Assembly (NCBI RefSeq): GCF_044704955.1
Contig: NC_091984.1
Coordinates: forward strand, 204,166,001 to 204,230,000
Reading direction: 5' to 3'
Length of the DNA: 64,000 nucleotides
Source: Pristiophorus japonicus
Taxonomy: Eukaryota
Shown here: piece after piece, positions 52,358-63,575 of the stretch
Layout of the letters: every line of letters begins with the position of its first letter
Position numbering within the stretch: position 1 is the stretch's first letter
Position numbers and translations under genes: made by a program
Notes under the pieces: generated by a model
What the model was told of the DNA's origin: nothing
What the model saw: the letters and a program-made list of their open reading frames with translations, nothing else
Databases searched by the model: none

Positions 52358-53803
52358 ACTCTTTTTGGGAGTAAACAAAAAACATTAAACCGTGCCCCCC
52401 CCCGATCTGGGGGAAACACCAAACATTTACAGGCCCTTTTATTTTTTGGGGGGTTTTTTTTGGGCACAAAAACATATTTTTCTCCAAGTGCCCCCTATAA
52501 AAGGGGAGGGGGACACTAAAAGCACCGGCAATTAAAACAAATTAACTTAAAAACATAAAATCAAATTAAAATTTGGTTGCCAGGCGTGATGATGCACTCC
52601 AGTCCCTCCGGTGCCCACCTCTCGCGGAAGGCCGCGAGCGTACCGGTGGACACCGCGTGCTCCATCTCCAAGGACACCCTGGACCGGAAGAGAGGCAGGC
52701 AGTCTGGCTGAACGACCCCCTCGACTGCCCGCTGCCTGGACCGGCTGATGGCCCCCTTGGCCGTGCCCAGGAGCAGTCCTACGAGGAGGCCCTCGGACCT
52801 ACCCGCTCCCCTCCGCACAGGGTGCCCGAAGATCAGGAGTGTGGGACTGAAGTGCAGCCAGAATTTCAGGAGCAGCCCCTTTAAATAACAGAACAGGGGC
52901 TGCAACCTCATGCACTCAATAAAAACATGGAACACGGTCTCTTCCAGACCGCAGAAATTGCAGGCGGCCTGGGAGCCCGTGAACCGGCTTAAAAATTTAT
53001 TGCACGGCACTGCTCCGTGCATCACCCTCCAGGCCAAGTCCCCGACAAATAGTGGGAGGACCCCTGCGTAGAGTGCCCTCCATCGGGGACCCCCGCCTCC
53101 TCCAGACGGCAAGATGGTACGCCATGGCGTGTCCGGACGGCAGGCGAGGATGGCAAAGTTGTGAGTGTGCAGGAGCAGCCCGTACAGGAAACCCCTCCGT
53201 GCGGAACTGAAAAGCACGGAGGGGATTTCCCCGAGGCGGCTCAAGTTGTGAGGCGCCGGCCCCCGAGGGAGGTTCCGGGGTTTGGCGCCGATGAGGAATT
53301 CCGTCCGGACGGGGGTCAGTTCGGACGGGATCTCCCCACGTGCTTGAGCCTTCTCGATGCACCTAACGGAGTCGGGGCCCAGAGCTCTTTTTAGCGACTC
53401 GACGGCATCGGCCGCGTGGCGGACGTTGGCAGAATTTAGGCGCCGCGCCAGCGTGTCTGGCGCCATCCAGCCCGCTTCTCCGCCATCGAGCAGGTCCCTG
53501 ACCCTGGTCACCTCACCAGCCACAGCCCTCTCGTCCGACCGCCACCTAAAACCTTGGTCGTGGAGGTACGGATTCCCGAGCAGCGGCTCCTGCAGGACGG
53601 CCGCCACTCCAGCCGGTGGAGAGCTGCGCTTGGTGGAGACTTTGTTCCAGACCCTGATGAGTTCCTTGTAAAAGACAGGCAGCTCCCGGAGGGCGGTCCT
53701 GACGCCCCCCACACTCACAAACAGGAGCTGCGTGTCGTAGTTGAGGCCGTGCTGCTGGCGGAAGAAATACGTCGCCAGAGCACGCCACCTAGGAGGGGGC
53801 TTG
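52358..53803 (-). mobile_element. 5'-truncated Tx1-clade (L1 group) non-LTR retrotransposon
   Basis: Open frame from about 53800 to 52561: LPVFYKELIRVW, EPLLGNP, DLAWRVMHGAV and the CCHC motif CNFCGLEETVFHVFIEC; CpGs intact, so young; TSD CATGAA. Confidence 0.88.
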
Positions 53804-53818
53804 AAAAATTACATCAGT

Positions 53819-53887
53819 TGCGATGGCCAGGAATCGAACCCGGGTCAACTGCTTGGAAAGCAGCTATGCTGACCACTATACCACCAT
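53819..53887 (-). tRNA. tRNA-Gly(TCC) retrocopy lacking its first 3 nt, with a 3' trailer and T5; no CCA
   Basis: The minus strand reads ATGGTGGTATAGTGGTCAGCATAGCTGCTTTCCAAGCAGTTGACCCGGGTTCGATTCCTGGCCATCGCA then ACTGATGTAATTTTT; D, anticodon and T arms are intact. Confidence 0.9.
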
Positions 53888-55548
53888 GAATCCCAAAAGG
53901 TTAGTTTGCAGGTGCAGCAGGTAATCAGGAAGGCAAATGGAATGTTGGCCTTCATTGCGAGAGGGATGGAGTACAAAAGCAGGGAGGTGTTGCTGCAACT
54001 GTATAAGGTATTGGTAAGGCCGCACCTGGAGTACTGCGTGCAGTTTTGGTCACCTTACTTAAGGAAGGATATACTAGCTTTGGAAGGGGTACAGAGACGA
54101 TTCACTAGGCTGATTCCAGAAATGAGGGGGTTACCTTATGATAGATTGAGTAGACTGGGTCTTTACTCCTTGGAGTTCAGAAGGATGAGGGGTGATCTTA
54201 TAGAAACATTTAAAATCATGAAAGGGATGGACAAGATAGAGGCAGAGAGGTTGTTTCCATTGGTGGGGGAGACTAGAACTAGGGGGCACAGCCTCAAAAT
54301 ACGGAGGAGCCAATTTAAAACCGAGTTGAGAAATAATTTCTTCTCCCAGAGGGTTGTGAATCTGAGCTATCCTGCGATTCCTACTCTGACTAGCATGTGG
54401 CACTGGTCGCAATCCTGAGATTACTACTTTTGAGGTCCTACTTTTTAATTTAACTCCTAGCTCCCTAAATTCGTCTCATAAGACCTCATTCCATTTTTTA
54501 CCCATATCGTTGGTGCCTATATGCATCACGACAACTGGCTGTTCACCCTCCCTTTTCAGAATGTCCTGCATCCGCTCCGAGACATCCTTGACCCTTGCAC
54601 CAGGGAGGCAACATACCATCCTGGAGTCTCGGTTGTGCCAGCAGAAACGCCTATCTATTCCCATTACAATTGAATCCCCTATCACTATCGCTCTCCCATT
54701 CTTTTTCCTGCCCTCCTGTGCAGCAGAGCCAGCCACGTTGCCATGAACTTGGTTGCTGCTGCTCTCCCCTGATGAGTCATCCCCCTCAACAGTACCCAAA
54801 GCGGTGAATCTGTTTTGCAGGGGGATGACCGCAGGGGACCCCTGCACTACCTTCTCTGCACTGCTCTTCCTGTTGGTCTTCCATTTCCTATCTGGCTGTG
54901 GACCATTTACCTGTGGTAAGACCAGATGAGCTCTGAGACGGGTTGGGAGAAATAGGAGAGCAAGACATGAGTTCAGGGCTGGATAGAGGGGAGGTTTGGC
55001 TTAGTGGGGAGGATGCAGCAGAGACAGATAAATGGATGGTCTTAATCATGGTGATCAAGAAGTCCGAGAGCTCCTCGCACTAGTTGGGGTGCAGGAGAGA
55101 AGGATTTAAAGAGACATTGATAGTGGACAAAAGTAGTTGGGTTATCTTTGTTTTACAAGGATGATCCTGACATAGTGTGCGGTTTTGGCAGAGAAAGTGA
55201 GGCTTGATGTGTCCAGCCAGATCTGATGATGGATGGCGAAACCAGTTGTGCACAAGATAAGCTCAAGTTTGCACCCCTTGGACTTGCACAGCAACGATGG
55301 GGTCCATGAAGAGGAGTGATCGATATGGGAGAGATTAAAGGTTTTACTGGGGACAAAGGCATCAACATTGGAGGTGCAGCTGCAGAAGTATTGTGGCAAA
55401 TGGAAGGACACAGGCTAGACAGTTGGCTGCTTGAAAGTGCTATTGTAAGTGACTTGGTGGGGGAGGAAAGTTTTTCCCAGGGTGGTCACAGACGGAAATG
55501 GGGTTGGAAGGCAGTAGGGGGATGTGGGTGGTGAGGGATAAAAGAGGT

Positions 55549-55939
55549 AAATAGGTGCAGGAGTAGGCCATTCGGCCCTTCGAGCCTGCACTGCCATTCA
55601 ACAAGATCATGGCTGATCACCACCCCCCTCCCCTCCACACACCCCCCCCCCGATCCCCCCAACCGCAATGACCACATCCAATGAACTGGCATCAACAACT
55701 CTCCGCAGCAGGGAACCCCACAGGCCAACAACTCCCCGAGTGAAGAAGTCTCTCCCAATCCCAGCCCCAAACAGCCCACGCCCCATCCCAAGAGCGTGCC
55801 ACCCCCCACCCCCCAGCTCCAGACCCACCCAACACCGTGAACACTCCCCCCGCACCCAACCCGCTCCGTCCCATCAGAATCCTTCCCAAATGCCGAACAC
55901 CCCCGGATGTCGAGCCCTCAGCCCCAGCCACTCCGGAGC
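55549..55939 (-). mobile_element. Internally deleted CR1 copy with A-to-G hypermutation
   Basis: Aligns to 49470-49791 and then to 8200-8262, with T>C changes on the + strand. Confidence 0.88.
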
Positions 55940-57699
55940 AAGTACTTGGAGATGGCTGTGCGAGTAGAGAGGCCATATGAGGTGGCAAGATTCAGGGGGT
56001 GGCCATGAATATGTTCGGAGAATTTTTTTGGAGGGAGAGCTGTAGAGAGGACAGGAGAGAGGGCAACGTGAGTTGAGATCTCCCAGGATGAGGAGCCACT
56101 CTGAAGAAGTTGAGGGAAGAAAGCAGAGAGGATATGTGAGGGTTGGGGGGGGTGCAGGTGTGGTAACGAACACGATTTTTCAAGGAGTTTGAGAGGGGTG
56201 GAATGAGGTGAGGTGCTCAAAGAAGAAATTGCCAGAGGAATGATTTCACAATAAGGGCCACCCTACTATTGCAGTGCTTTAGTTGAAACAAGTGGTGATG
56301 TCACCACAATAACTTTTTTTCCAAGGCAACGATGAAACTTATGGCGTTCTTAACCTCAGCAGGTAGTTTAGGCAGCTTCTGTTGAAACTATTCAAACAAT
56401 TCTGTTTGGCTATCCCTCGTGCAGGAGATGGTATAATTTACATTGTGTTATAGCACAATGATAGAATTCTTTGTTGTGACAGGGTGTGAAGGAATTTAAT
56501 ATTTTCCCTGTTTGGGTCATATCTCGTAAGTGTACCAAACCAAATTGTACTTTGCACTCCAGCAATCTGATACAGAAAGACCTTTTGACTGCACATGAAC
56601 AATCTGAGTCAGCATGCTTTGGATAGGTCTGCTCTGACTTGTACCACATACAGTATACGATCTATAGTTTTCTTTGTTCTTTGTGTGAAAGCTGTGTTTG
56701 GAGTCCTACAATGGTTCTTAATGTCTGATAATTATGTGGAGGACATGGTGGATTAGAGCACGATACTTTCAGTTCTGAGATCTGGGTTTGAATCTGGCCT
56801 GAATAGTGGGAAGAGTGTTTCTTCTCCCTGGCAGCAGTAAGGGTTGTATGTCAAATGAGTTTGTCCGTTCCCACCCAGTTATCGCTGCAAATCTGGGGCA
56901 CAAAACGATTCATAACTTGACACCAAATTGGTTGTCTAAAGAAGCAGAAAAATGGCTGGTATGGAAAATATAAAAACTTTAATATTTTTTCATGCTCTCA
57001 CTAGTCGATCTCCTGTGGCAATGCGCACATAGAAAAAAATAGATAAATAATTGTTTGGAGCAGTTTGCCATACTTGTCCTTCAGTTTTAAAGACCACTAA
57101 TATGTGGCATAAATATTCACGAGGATAGATACCCATTTCTTTTTATTTGCTCTCCTTCCTCACCTGACTTATTTGAATCTTCTGAGTAGACCTTCCCTTC
57201 ACGGTAAGAATTGCACCATATAAGACGGCCTGGTGTTGGTATTCTTAATTTAACAATAGGTTAAGGTAGACTGAGCGTAAAACATGAAACGGGGCATGTA
57301 GTGGACAATCATGTTTCTTCCCATCCCACAAAATATAAAATCCTTTCTCAGCTATGTTTCATTCCTTGAGCTGTAAAATAGATAGTTTCCCTGTTCCCAG
57401 CCATTTTGTAATGCTAGTCTGTTGAGTGACTCTGACGTTTCTCTTTCTAATGAGGAAACTCATTGTCTCAGGCTGCCTGCGGTGCAAAGATTTGAAGCTT
57501 TAAAGTCTAGTGCAAAAACTATCAACAAACATCACTGATTGGGAAAACTGTAGGACTTCAATCTTCGCCATTTGTGGATCGTTGCAAACATAATCACAGA
57601 AGGGTTTATTACCTGGTTTCCTAATGATCCAGTGGACCAGTAGACTGTTTTGTGTGATACTGAGTCATAGCAAAAAAAGTCACTGGTTCAATCTGCGTA

Positions 57700-58065
57700 T
57701 GGCTTACCTGATTCGTATCGAATACCTTCTATCCACCATGTTAGTGGCCTCAAAAAAAATCCAACTGGAATAGTCAGACATGATTTACCCTTCACAAATC
57801 TATGCTGACTCTTTGATCAGCTCATTCTTGTTCAAGTGCTCAGTCACTGATTATAGATTCCAATAACTGCCCCACAACTGACATTAAACCGACAAGTCTG
57901 TAGTTTTCTGGTTTCTCCCTCCCTCCTTCACTTCTTAAATAATGGAATGACTGTTGCATTTTCCAATCCAAAGAGACAGTTCCTGAATCTAGAGAACTTT
58001 GGAAGTTATGTACAATTTCTTCATCTATTTTAATACTCAGTTGCAGAAACCATCAGAATCTGGAG
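57700..58065 (-). mobile_element. Old CR1 RT fragment
   Basis: CATGATTTACCCTTCACAAATC and CTGTAGTTTTCTGG match other CR1 copies. Confidence 0.65.
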
Positions 58066-58469
58066 ATAATTTTAGTTAAATTTAAACCTTGGTTTGTGAT
58101 TCTCTTCTCCCTCCCAAATCTAGAAATTTGATGCCTTTACTACTCGAGTGTTCTGTTTCTCCCAGTCTGAGAAAATTAATATCTCCCATTATAAAAGTGA
58201 AATTTATCAGTGAAATCTGAGTTATACAATGTTGCAATCTGGTTTTGTTTTCATCACACTGTACCAATCATGAAGCATGGGGGAATTGCATGTTTTTCAT
58301 GCATTCAAATAGGAAACCATGTATCTGCTTTTGGACTATACATGCATAATTAAATATCGAACTTCAATATCTATTAATAGTACTTCAGTGTGTTCAAAGC
58401 ACAAGAGGTATTCGACTCAGTAATTTTACTGAACCAGATTGAAGTAAAAGAATCCAGGAATTAACAGGC

Positions 58470-58634
58470 TGATGTGCAACGGTCACCACACATTAAAAAA
58501 ATCCACGCACAGGCATCTTCCACCCCTGGAGTTCAGGACTGGAATATTTGATCCTTCATTGAAACATCTGCGAACTCATCCCTTTTGGTGTGAAAGCAAG
58601 TCATCCTCGTTCGAGGGACCGCCTATGATGATGA
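58470..58634 (+). mobile_element. RTE-tailed element, 3' fragment
   Basis: Reverse complement of the 63576 family; ends CCTATGATGATG. Confidence 0.8.
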
Positions 58635-59509
58635 GTAGGTAGGGGAAATTTCAGAGTTCCTGGTTTCTAATGATGAGCTTTAATGCTAACTGTTTAATAC
58701 CTGTGTATGCAAATGCATAGTAGGACCTTTTATATACGTTTTCACAATATTGCACTGTACAGGGTATCATTTTACTAGTGTAGTAGTTAACTCGCTATGT
58801 TGCATATAAATTTCAAATCGGGCCTGAAATCAGAGCAAACTAAGAAAGCAGAAATAGATTAACATTTAGAGGGTAAAGACAGCCTTTAAGTAAGGCAGAT
58901 AAATTATGTGTAATAGTCAATTGACTCAGAAACTTGATACGGTGACGAAAGAAAAGCTGCTAGAAGAATTATTGAAACGCAACTTGAGAAAGTAAAAGTG
59001 GAGGAAAGTAACAAAGCATTTCTAAACAAAACAGCAAAATTGAAACTACCTGGATCACTACTTCAATCGTGTTCCAATAAATGTGAATAGACTCTTTGCA
59101 GGTGGATTGGCTTGCATGATTTGCTATAAGCAAAGGTAAGTTCATCTATAACAAAGTGGGGTTTCCATTCAATTATGTAGCAAGTGAATAGAACTTACTA
59201 GATAGAATCTTTATGTATGTTCATATGTAGTTATACAATGCACAAAAGAAGACACAATATTAATTTCTACTGCCTTAGTAAAAACATAAATTAATGGATA
59301 TTTAATTTTATGTGATGCTGGATCACCTACAGTATACAAAGTCCCCACTTTACTGGTAACTTGAGAGCCATAAATTATGCAGGTACTTTGTTCATGAAAG
59401 CGTAATGCCATATGAAATATTCACCTTTCAGACTACTGTTTGGGAAAGTAGGACGTGTCTCAGACAAGATATACCTGACTTTGAATATTGTGTTGTCCTT
59501 TTGTGAACA

Positions 59510-61520
59510 CTAAGAACATAAGAGTTAGGAGCAGGAGTAGGCTATTCTTCGACCTCAACACTTTCCCACCCAATCCCCATATCCCATGATTCCCCGAGAG
59601 TCCAAAAATCTATCTCGGCCTTGAATATACTCAATGACTCAGCATCCACAGCCCTTTGGGGTAAAGAATTACAAAGATTCACAACCTCTGACAGAAGAAA
59701 TTTTTCCTCATCTCAGTGTTAAATGGCCAACTCCCTTATCCTAAGACAATGCTCCTTAGCTCTAGGCTCTCCAGTCAGGGAAAACAACCTCTCAGCATCT
59801 TCCCTGTCAATCCCCCTCAGAATCTTGTATGTTTCAATGAGATCACTCCTCATTCTTTTAAATTCCAAAGAGTATAGGCCAAATCTACTCGATCTCTCCT
59901 CATAGGACATAGAAACATAGAAACATAGAAAATAGGTGCAGGAGCAGGCCATTCAGCCCTTCTAGCCTGCACCGTCATTCAATGAGTTCATGGCTGAACA
60001 TGAAACTTCAGTACCCCCTTCCTGCTTTCTCGCCATACCCCTTGATCCCCCGAGTAGTAAGGACTTCATCTAACTCCCTTTTGAATATATTTAGTGAATT
60101 GGCCTCAACTACTTTCTGTGGTAGAGAATTCCACAGGTTCACCACTCTCTGGGTGAAGAAGTTTCTCCTCATCTCGGTCCTAAATGGCTTACCCCTTATC
60201 CTTAGACTGTGACCCCTGGTTCTGGACTTCCCCAACATTGGGAACATTCTTCCTGCATCCAACCTGTCCAAACCCGTCAGAATTTTAAACGTTTCTATGA
60301 GGTCCCCTCGCACTCTTCTGAACTCCAGTGAATACAAGGACAACCAGGATCAATCTAGTGAACCTTCATTGTACCACCTCTAAGGCAAGTATATCCTTCC
60401 TTAGATAAAGAGACCAAAACTGTGCACAGTACTTCCTGTGTGGTCTCACCAAAGCCCTGTACAATTGTAGCAAGACATCCTTACTCTTGTACTCCCAATC
60501 TTCTTGCAATAAAGGCAAACATGCCATCTGCCTTCCTAATTGCTTGCTGTACCTACCTGCATGCTAGCTTTCTGTGTTTCCTGTACGAGGACACCTAAAT
60601 CTCTCTGAACATCAACGTTTAATAGTTTTACACTATTTAAAAAATATTCTGTTTTTCTATTCTTCCTATCAAAGTGAATAACGTCACATTTCCCAACATT
60701 ATACTCCACCTTATTGCCCACTCACTTAATCTTTCTCTATCCTTTTGCAGACTCTTTCTGTCCTCCTCACAACTTAGTTTCCCATCTAGCAAACTTGGAT
60801 ACATTACACTCAGTCGCTTTATCTAAGTCAGTCATTAATATAGATTGTAAAAAGCACTGATTCTTGCAGCACCCCGCTAGTTACAGCCTGCCAATCTGAA
60901 AATGACCCGCTTATCCCTACTCTCCGTTTTCTGTCTGTTAACCAATCCCATATCCATGCTAATATATTGCCCCCAACTCCACGAGCACTTATCTTGCGTA
61001 GCAACCTTTTATGTGGTACCTTATCAAATGCCTTTTGGAAATCTAAATATACTATATCCACTGGTTCCCCTTGGTCAACCCTTATAATTACATCCTCCAA
61101 AAACTCTAATATTCTTTCATAAAACCATGCTGACTTTGCCTAATCATATGATTTTCTAAGTGCCCTATTACCACTTCCTTCATAAGGAGTTACAGCATTT
61201 TCCTGACGTCTGATGTCAGGCTAACGGAATTATAGTTCCCTGTTTTCTGTCCCCTCTCTTGAATAGCAGGGTTACATTTGCCACCTTCCAATGCGCTGGA
61301 ACCGTTGTAGAAGCTAAAGAATTTTGGAAGATCACAATCAAATGTATCCACTTTCTTGGCAGCCACCTCTTTCGAACCCTAGTATGTAGACCATCAGATC
61401 TAGGGAAATTGTTGGCTTTCGTCCCATCAGTTTCTCATGCACTATTTCCTCTACTGATAATTACTTTAAGGTCTTCACTTTCATTAGCCCCTTGGTTCCC
61501 CACTATTTTTGATGTGTTCA
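59510..61520 (-). mobile_element. Older CR1 with a young CR1 3' fragment nested at about 59909-60337
   Basis: YLDFQKAFDKVPH; the nested piece is nearly identical to 300-740; apparent TSD AGGACA. Confidence 0.9.
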
Positions 61521-62362
61521 TAAAATCTTCTTACAGTCTGAGATCAAACATATATAAAATCTAATCAAATAGCATGCAAGCTTATTTTGTTTAATTATTT
61601 TCTCCCTATAGCATTCTTATAATTACAAGTGAGGGCAGGATGGGCTAAGTTGTCATCGGTACCTCTGTTAATCAGCTGATGGGAAGGACGTTTATCCAGG
61701 GGGACTGGTTCTGCCAGTTTTTCTTTCCTTTGTGATGGAGTAGTGAGAAAATGAGGTCCGACAAGTTTGAATATTTTTGAGGCTGAAATTTAATGTCATT
61801 TTCTGGTTTGTATCTCAATCACAACTTGTGTCTATAGTTTTGAATCGTGCACCACATAGAGAGGTTTCTGTCTTTTCGCTGGTTCCTTTGGTTTGAGGGC
61901 AACAATTGGAATATTGCTGGGATTTCTGAAACTGTAAATTTCATGTGTGTATTTTTTGTTGTTGTAGCTTAAAATATTAGTAAATTAATCTCATTGTGTT
62001 AGCTCCTGTGCCTTTAGACTCCCCAGAGAACGAATTTAAAATACGAATTTGTCAAAAATGTCAGACTCCAGTTGCAATTGTAAACCAATGTATTTGCTTG
62101 GAAGCCAATTTGTTTGGACCCCTCAAGTTTCTTGGTGAACCATCTATTGTCATAGCTCCAGTTTCAGTTACCATTGACATAGCTCCAGTTCAAAGGACAA
62201 ACAATTGTTCACTTTTAAAACTATAATTTACTTGTGAAATTTAGGCAATGTTTACAGTTGACCGCATTTAATGTACATGATAACCCTTTCACTTTTGGAA
62301 GTGTAAGCTGGCGATGACGATCAGACTCGCATTACTTTAAACTCTGGATAACAAATGTATAT

Positions 62363-62405
62363 TTGCTTCTCCACTACCATATGCAAAATGGTAGTGGAGA
62401 AGCAA
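62363..62405. repeat. Perfect 18-bp inverted repeat with a 7-nt loop
   Basis: TTGCTTCTCCACTACCAT-atgcaaa-ATGGTAGTGGAGAAGCAA. Confidence 0.9.
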
Positions 62406-62438
62406 TTCTGAATATATGCTACATGTTAAATATTGGTG

Positions 62439-62735
62439 TCATCATCATAGGCAGTCCCTTGGAATCAAGGAAGACTTGCTTCCACTCTTAGCATGAGTTC
62501 TTAGGTGGCTGTACAGTCCAATACGAGAACCACAGTCTCGGTCACAGGTTGGACAGACAGTGGTTGAAGGAAAGGTGGGGGGGGGAGGCGCAGGGAGTCT
62601 GGTTTGCCGCACGCTCCTTCCGCTGCCTGTGCTTGAGACTCGAGGAGCTCAGCGCCCTCCCGGATGCACTTCCTCCACTTAGGGCAGTCTTTGGCCAGGG
62701 ACTCCCAGGTGTCAGTGGGGGTGGCATCCTCTTGG
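62439..62735 (-). mobile_element. RTE-clade LINE 3' end
   Basis: TWESLAKDCPKWRKCIREGA, then CPTCDRDCGSRIGLYSHLRTH (C-terminal zinc finger); (ATG)n tail. Confidence 0.85.
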
Positions 62736-63575
62736 ACACCAATGTGATAAGTGTATGTAATTAGCAAATACACATCTAACAAGATCATCTGGAGGCAGTA
62801 AGGATGCCCACTAGCTGAAGTTAAAACAGGTTGTGTAAAATTCCGCTAATAAAGCAAGCTTTTTAAAAACTAGTTTGTCAATCATTAAAATTCAATCAGC
62901 TCTCTTACATTAAATATTGTAACAATACTTGGAGACTGCTGATCATTGGTGCTTGGAATGCACCATCTCGTTCTTCATAGCTAGGTGACCAGGTAGCAAA
63001 TGTACATCTTGTTCATGTACACTTTTAAAAAAAAAAGAACCAACAGAACCGCACCCTTTAGTGTTTTATGAAAGAGAGATAAGGAATGTACCACAGAGAC
63101 TGGATATAGTTTAACAGGAAATATAAAGCAGTATGAACATATAATGGCGATTGCATTAAACTACGGAATGTGAAATATCCTGGATGTATTTTTTGCATTC
63201 GTTGAATCCCCAAAATCGTCAGGATGTCAAGGGTTAAAGTTGTATCTATTAAAAGTGCTTATGCAAGCTGTCGATACTTTTGTAAACCTAGCATCTCCCC
63301 ATAGCTATTTGAAGATGTGTTTCTCATTCCATTGACAGTGACAGCAACCGCACCCATTGGGTGTGTCTGCTTGTTAAAAGAGCTTGCCTGTTGGAAATTT
63401 GGAGGATGATCATCCAGAAATTAGACACCTAATTTCCATTGCAGTGTTTTTCTCTTTGTTTAGGTGCAAGAAAACACAGTATCTGTATTCTCCAGCAAGT
63501 CTTCTGACATTGGTACAGTGTATTAAAGAAATGAAAGATATTTTCTGATATTGGTTCAAAATCTCCTCCTCCCCA

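Larger units (their letters stand above)
49456..54920. mobile_element. Composite CR1 block: 3' end (-, 49456-49791), ORF1 end plus ORF2 (+, 49792-54362), ORF1 (-, 54363-54920)
   Basis: ORF 50694..52298 (EN end plus RT), ORF 53906..54418 (RT end) and ORF 54476..54847 (SGNH-esterase ORF1: IGDSIV, CLPGA, HIGTND). Confidence 0.92.

Noticed and set aside
53819-53890. Functional tRNA-Gly gene
   Set aside because: The first three acceptor-stem bases are replaced by target DNA and it sits inside a TSD-bounded insert, so I treat it as a retrocopy.
55620-55880. Simple C-rich low-complexity or G-quadruplex tract
   Set aside because: It aligns base by base to CR1; the C-richness comes from directional substitution.
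59102-59135. Possible micro-exon (TTTGCAG...AAG|GTAAGT)
   Set aside because: Splice-like motifs only, with no recognisable protein match; it needs RNA data.
62432-62743. 9-bp inverted flanks ATTGGTGTC/GACACCAAT around the RTE fragment as TIRs
   Set aside because: The interior is a LINE 3' end, and the match is short and may be chance or a small junction inversion.
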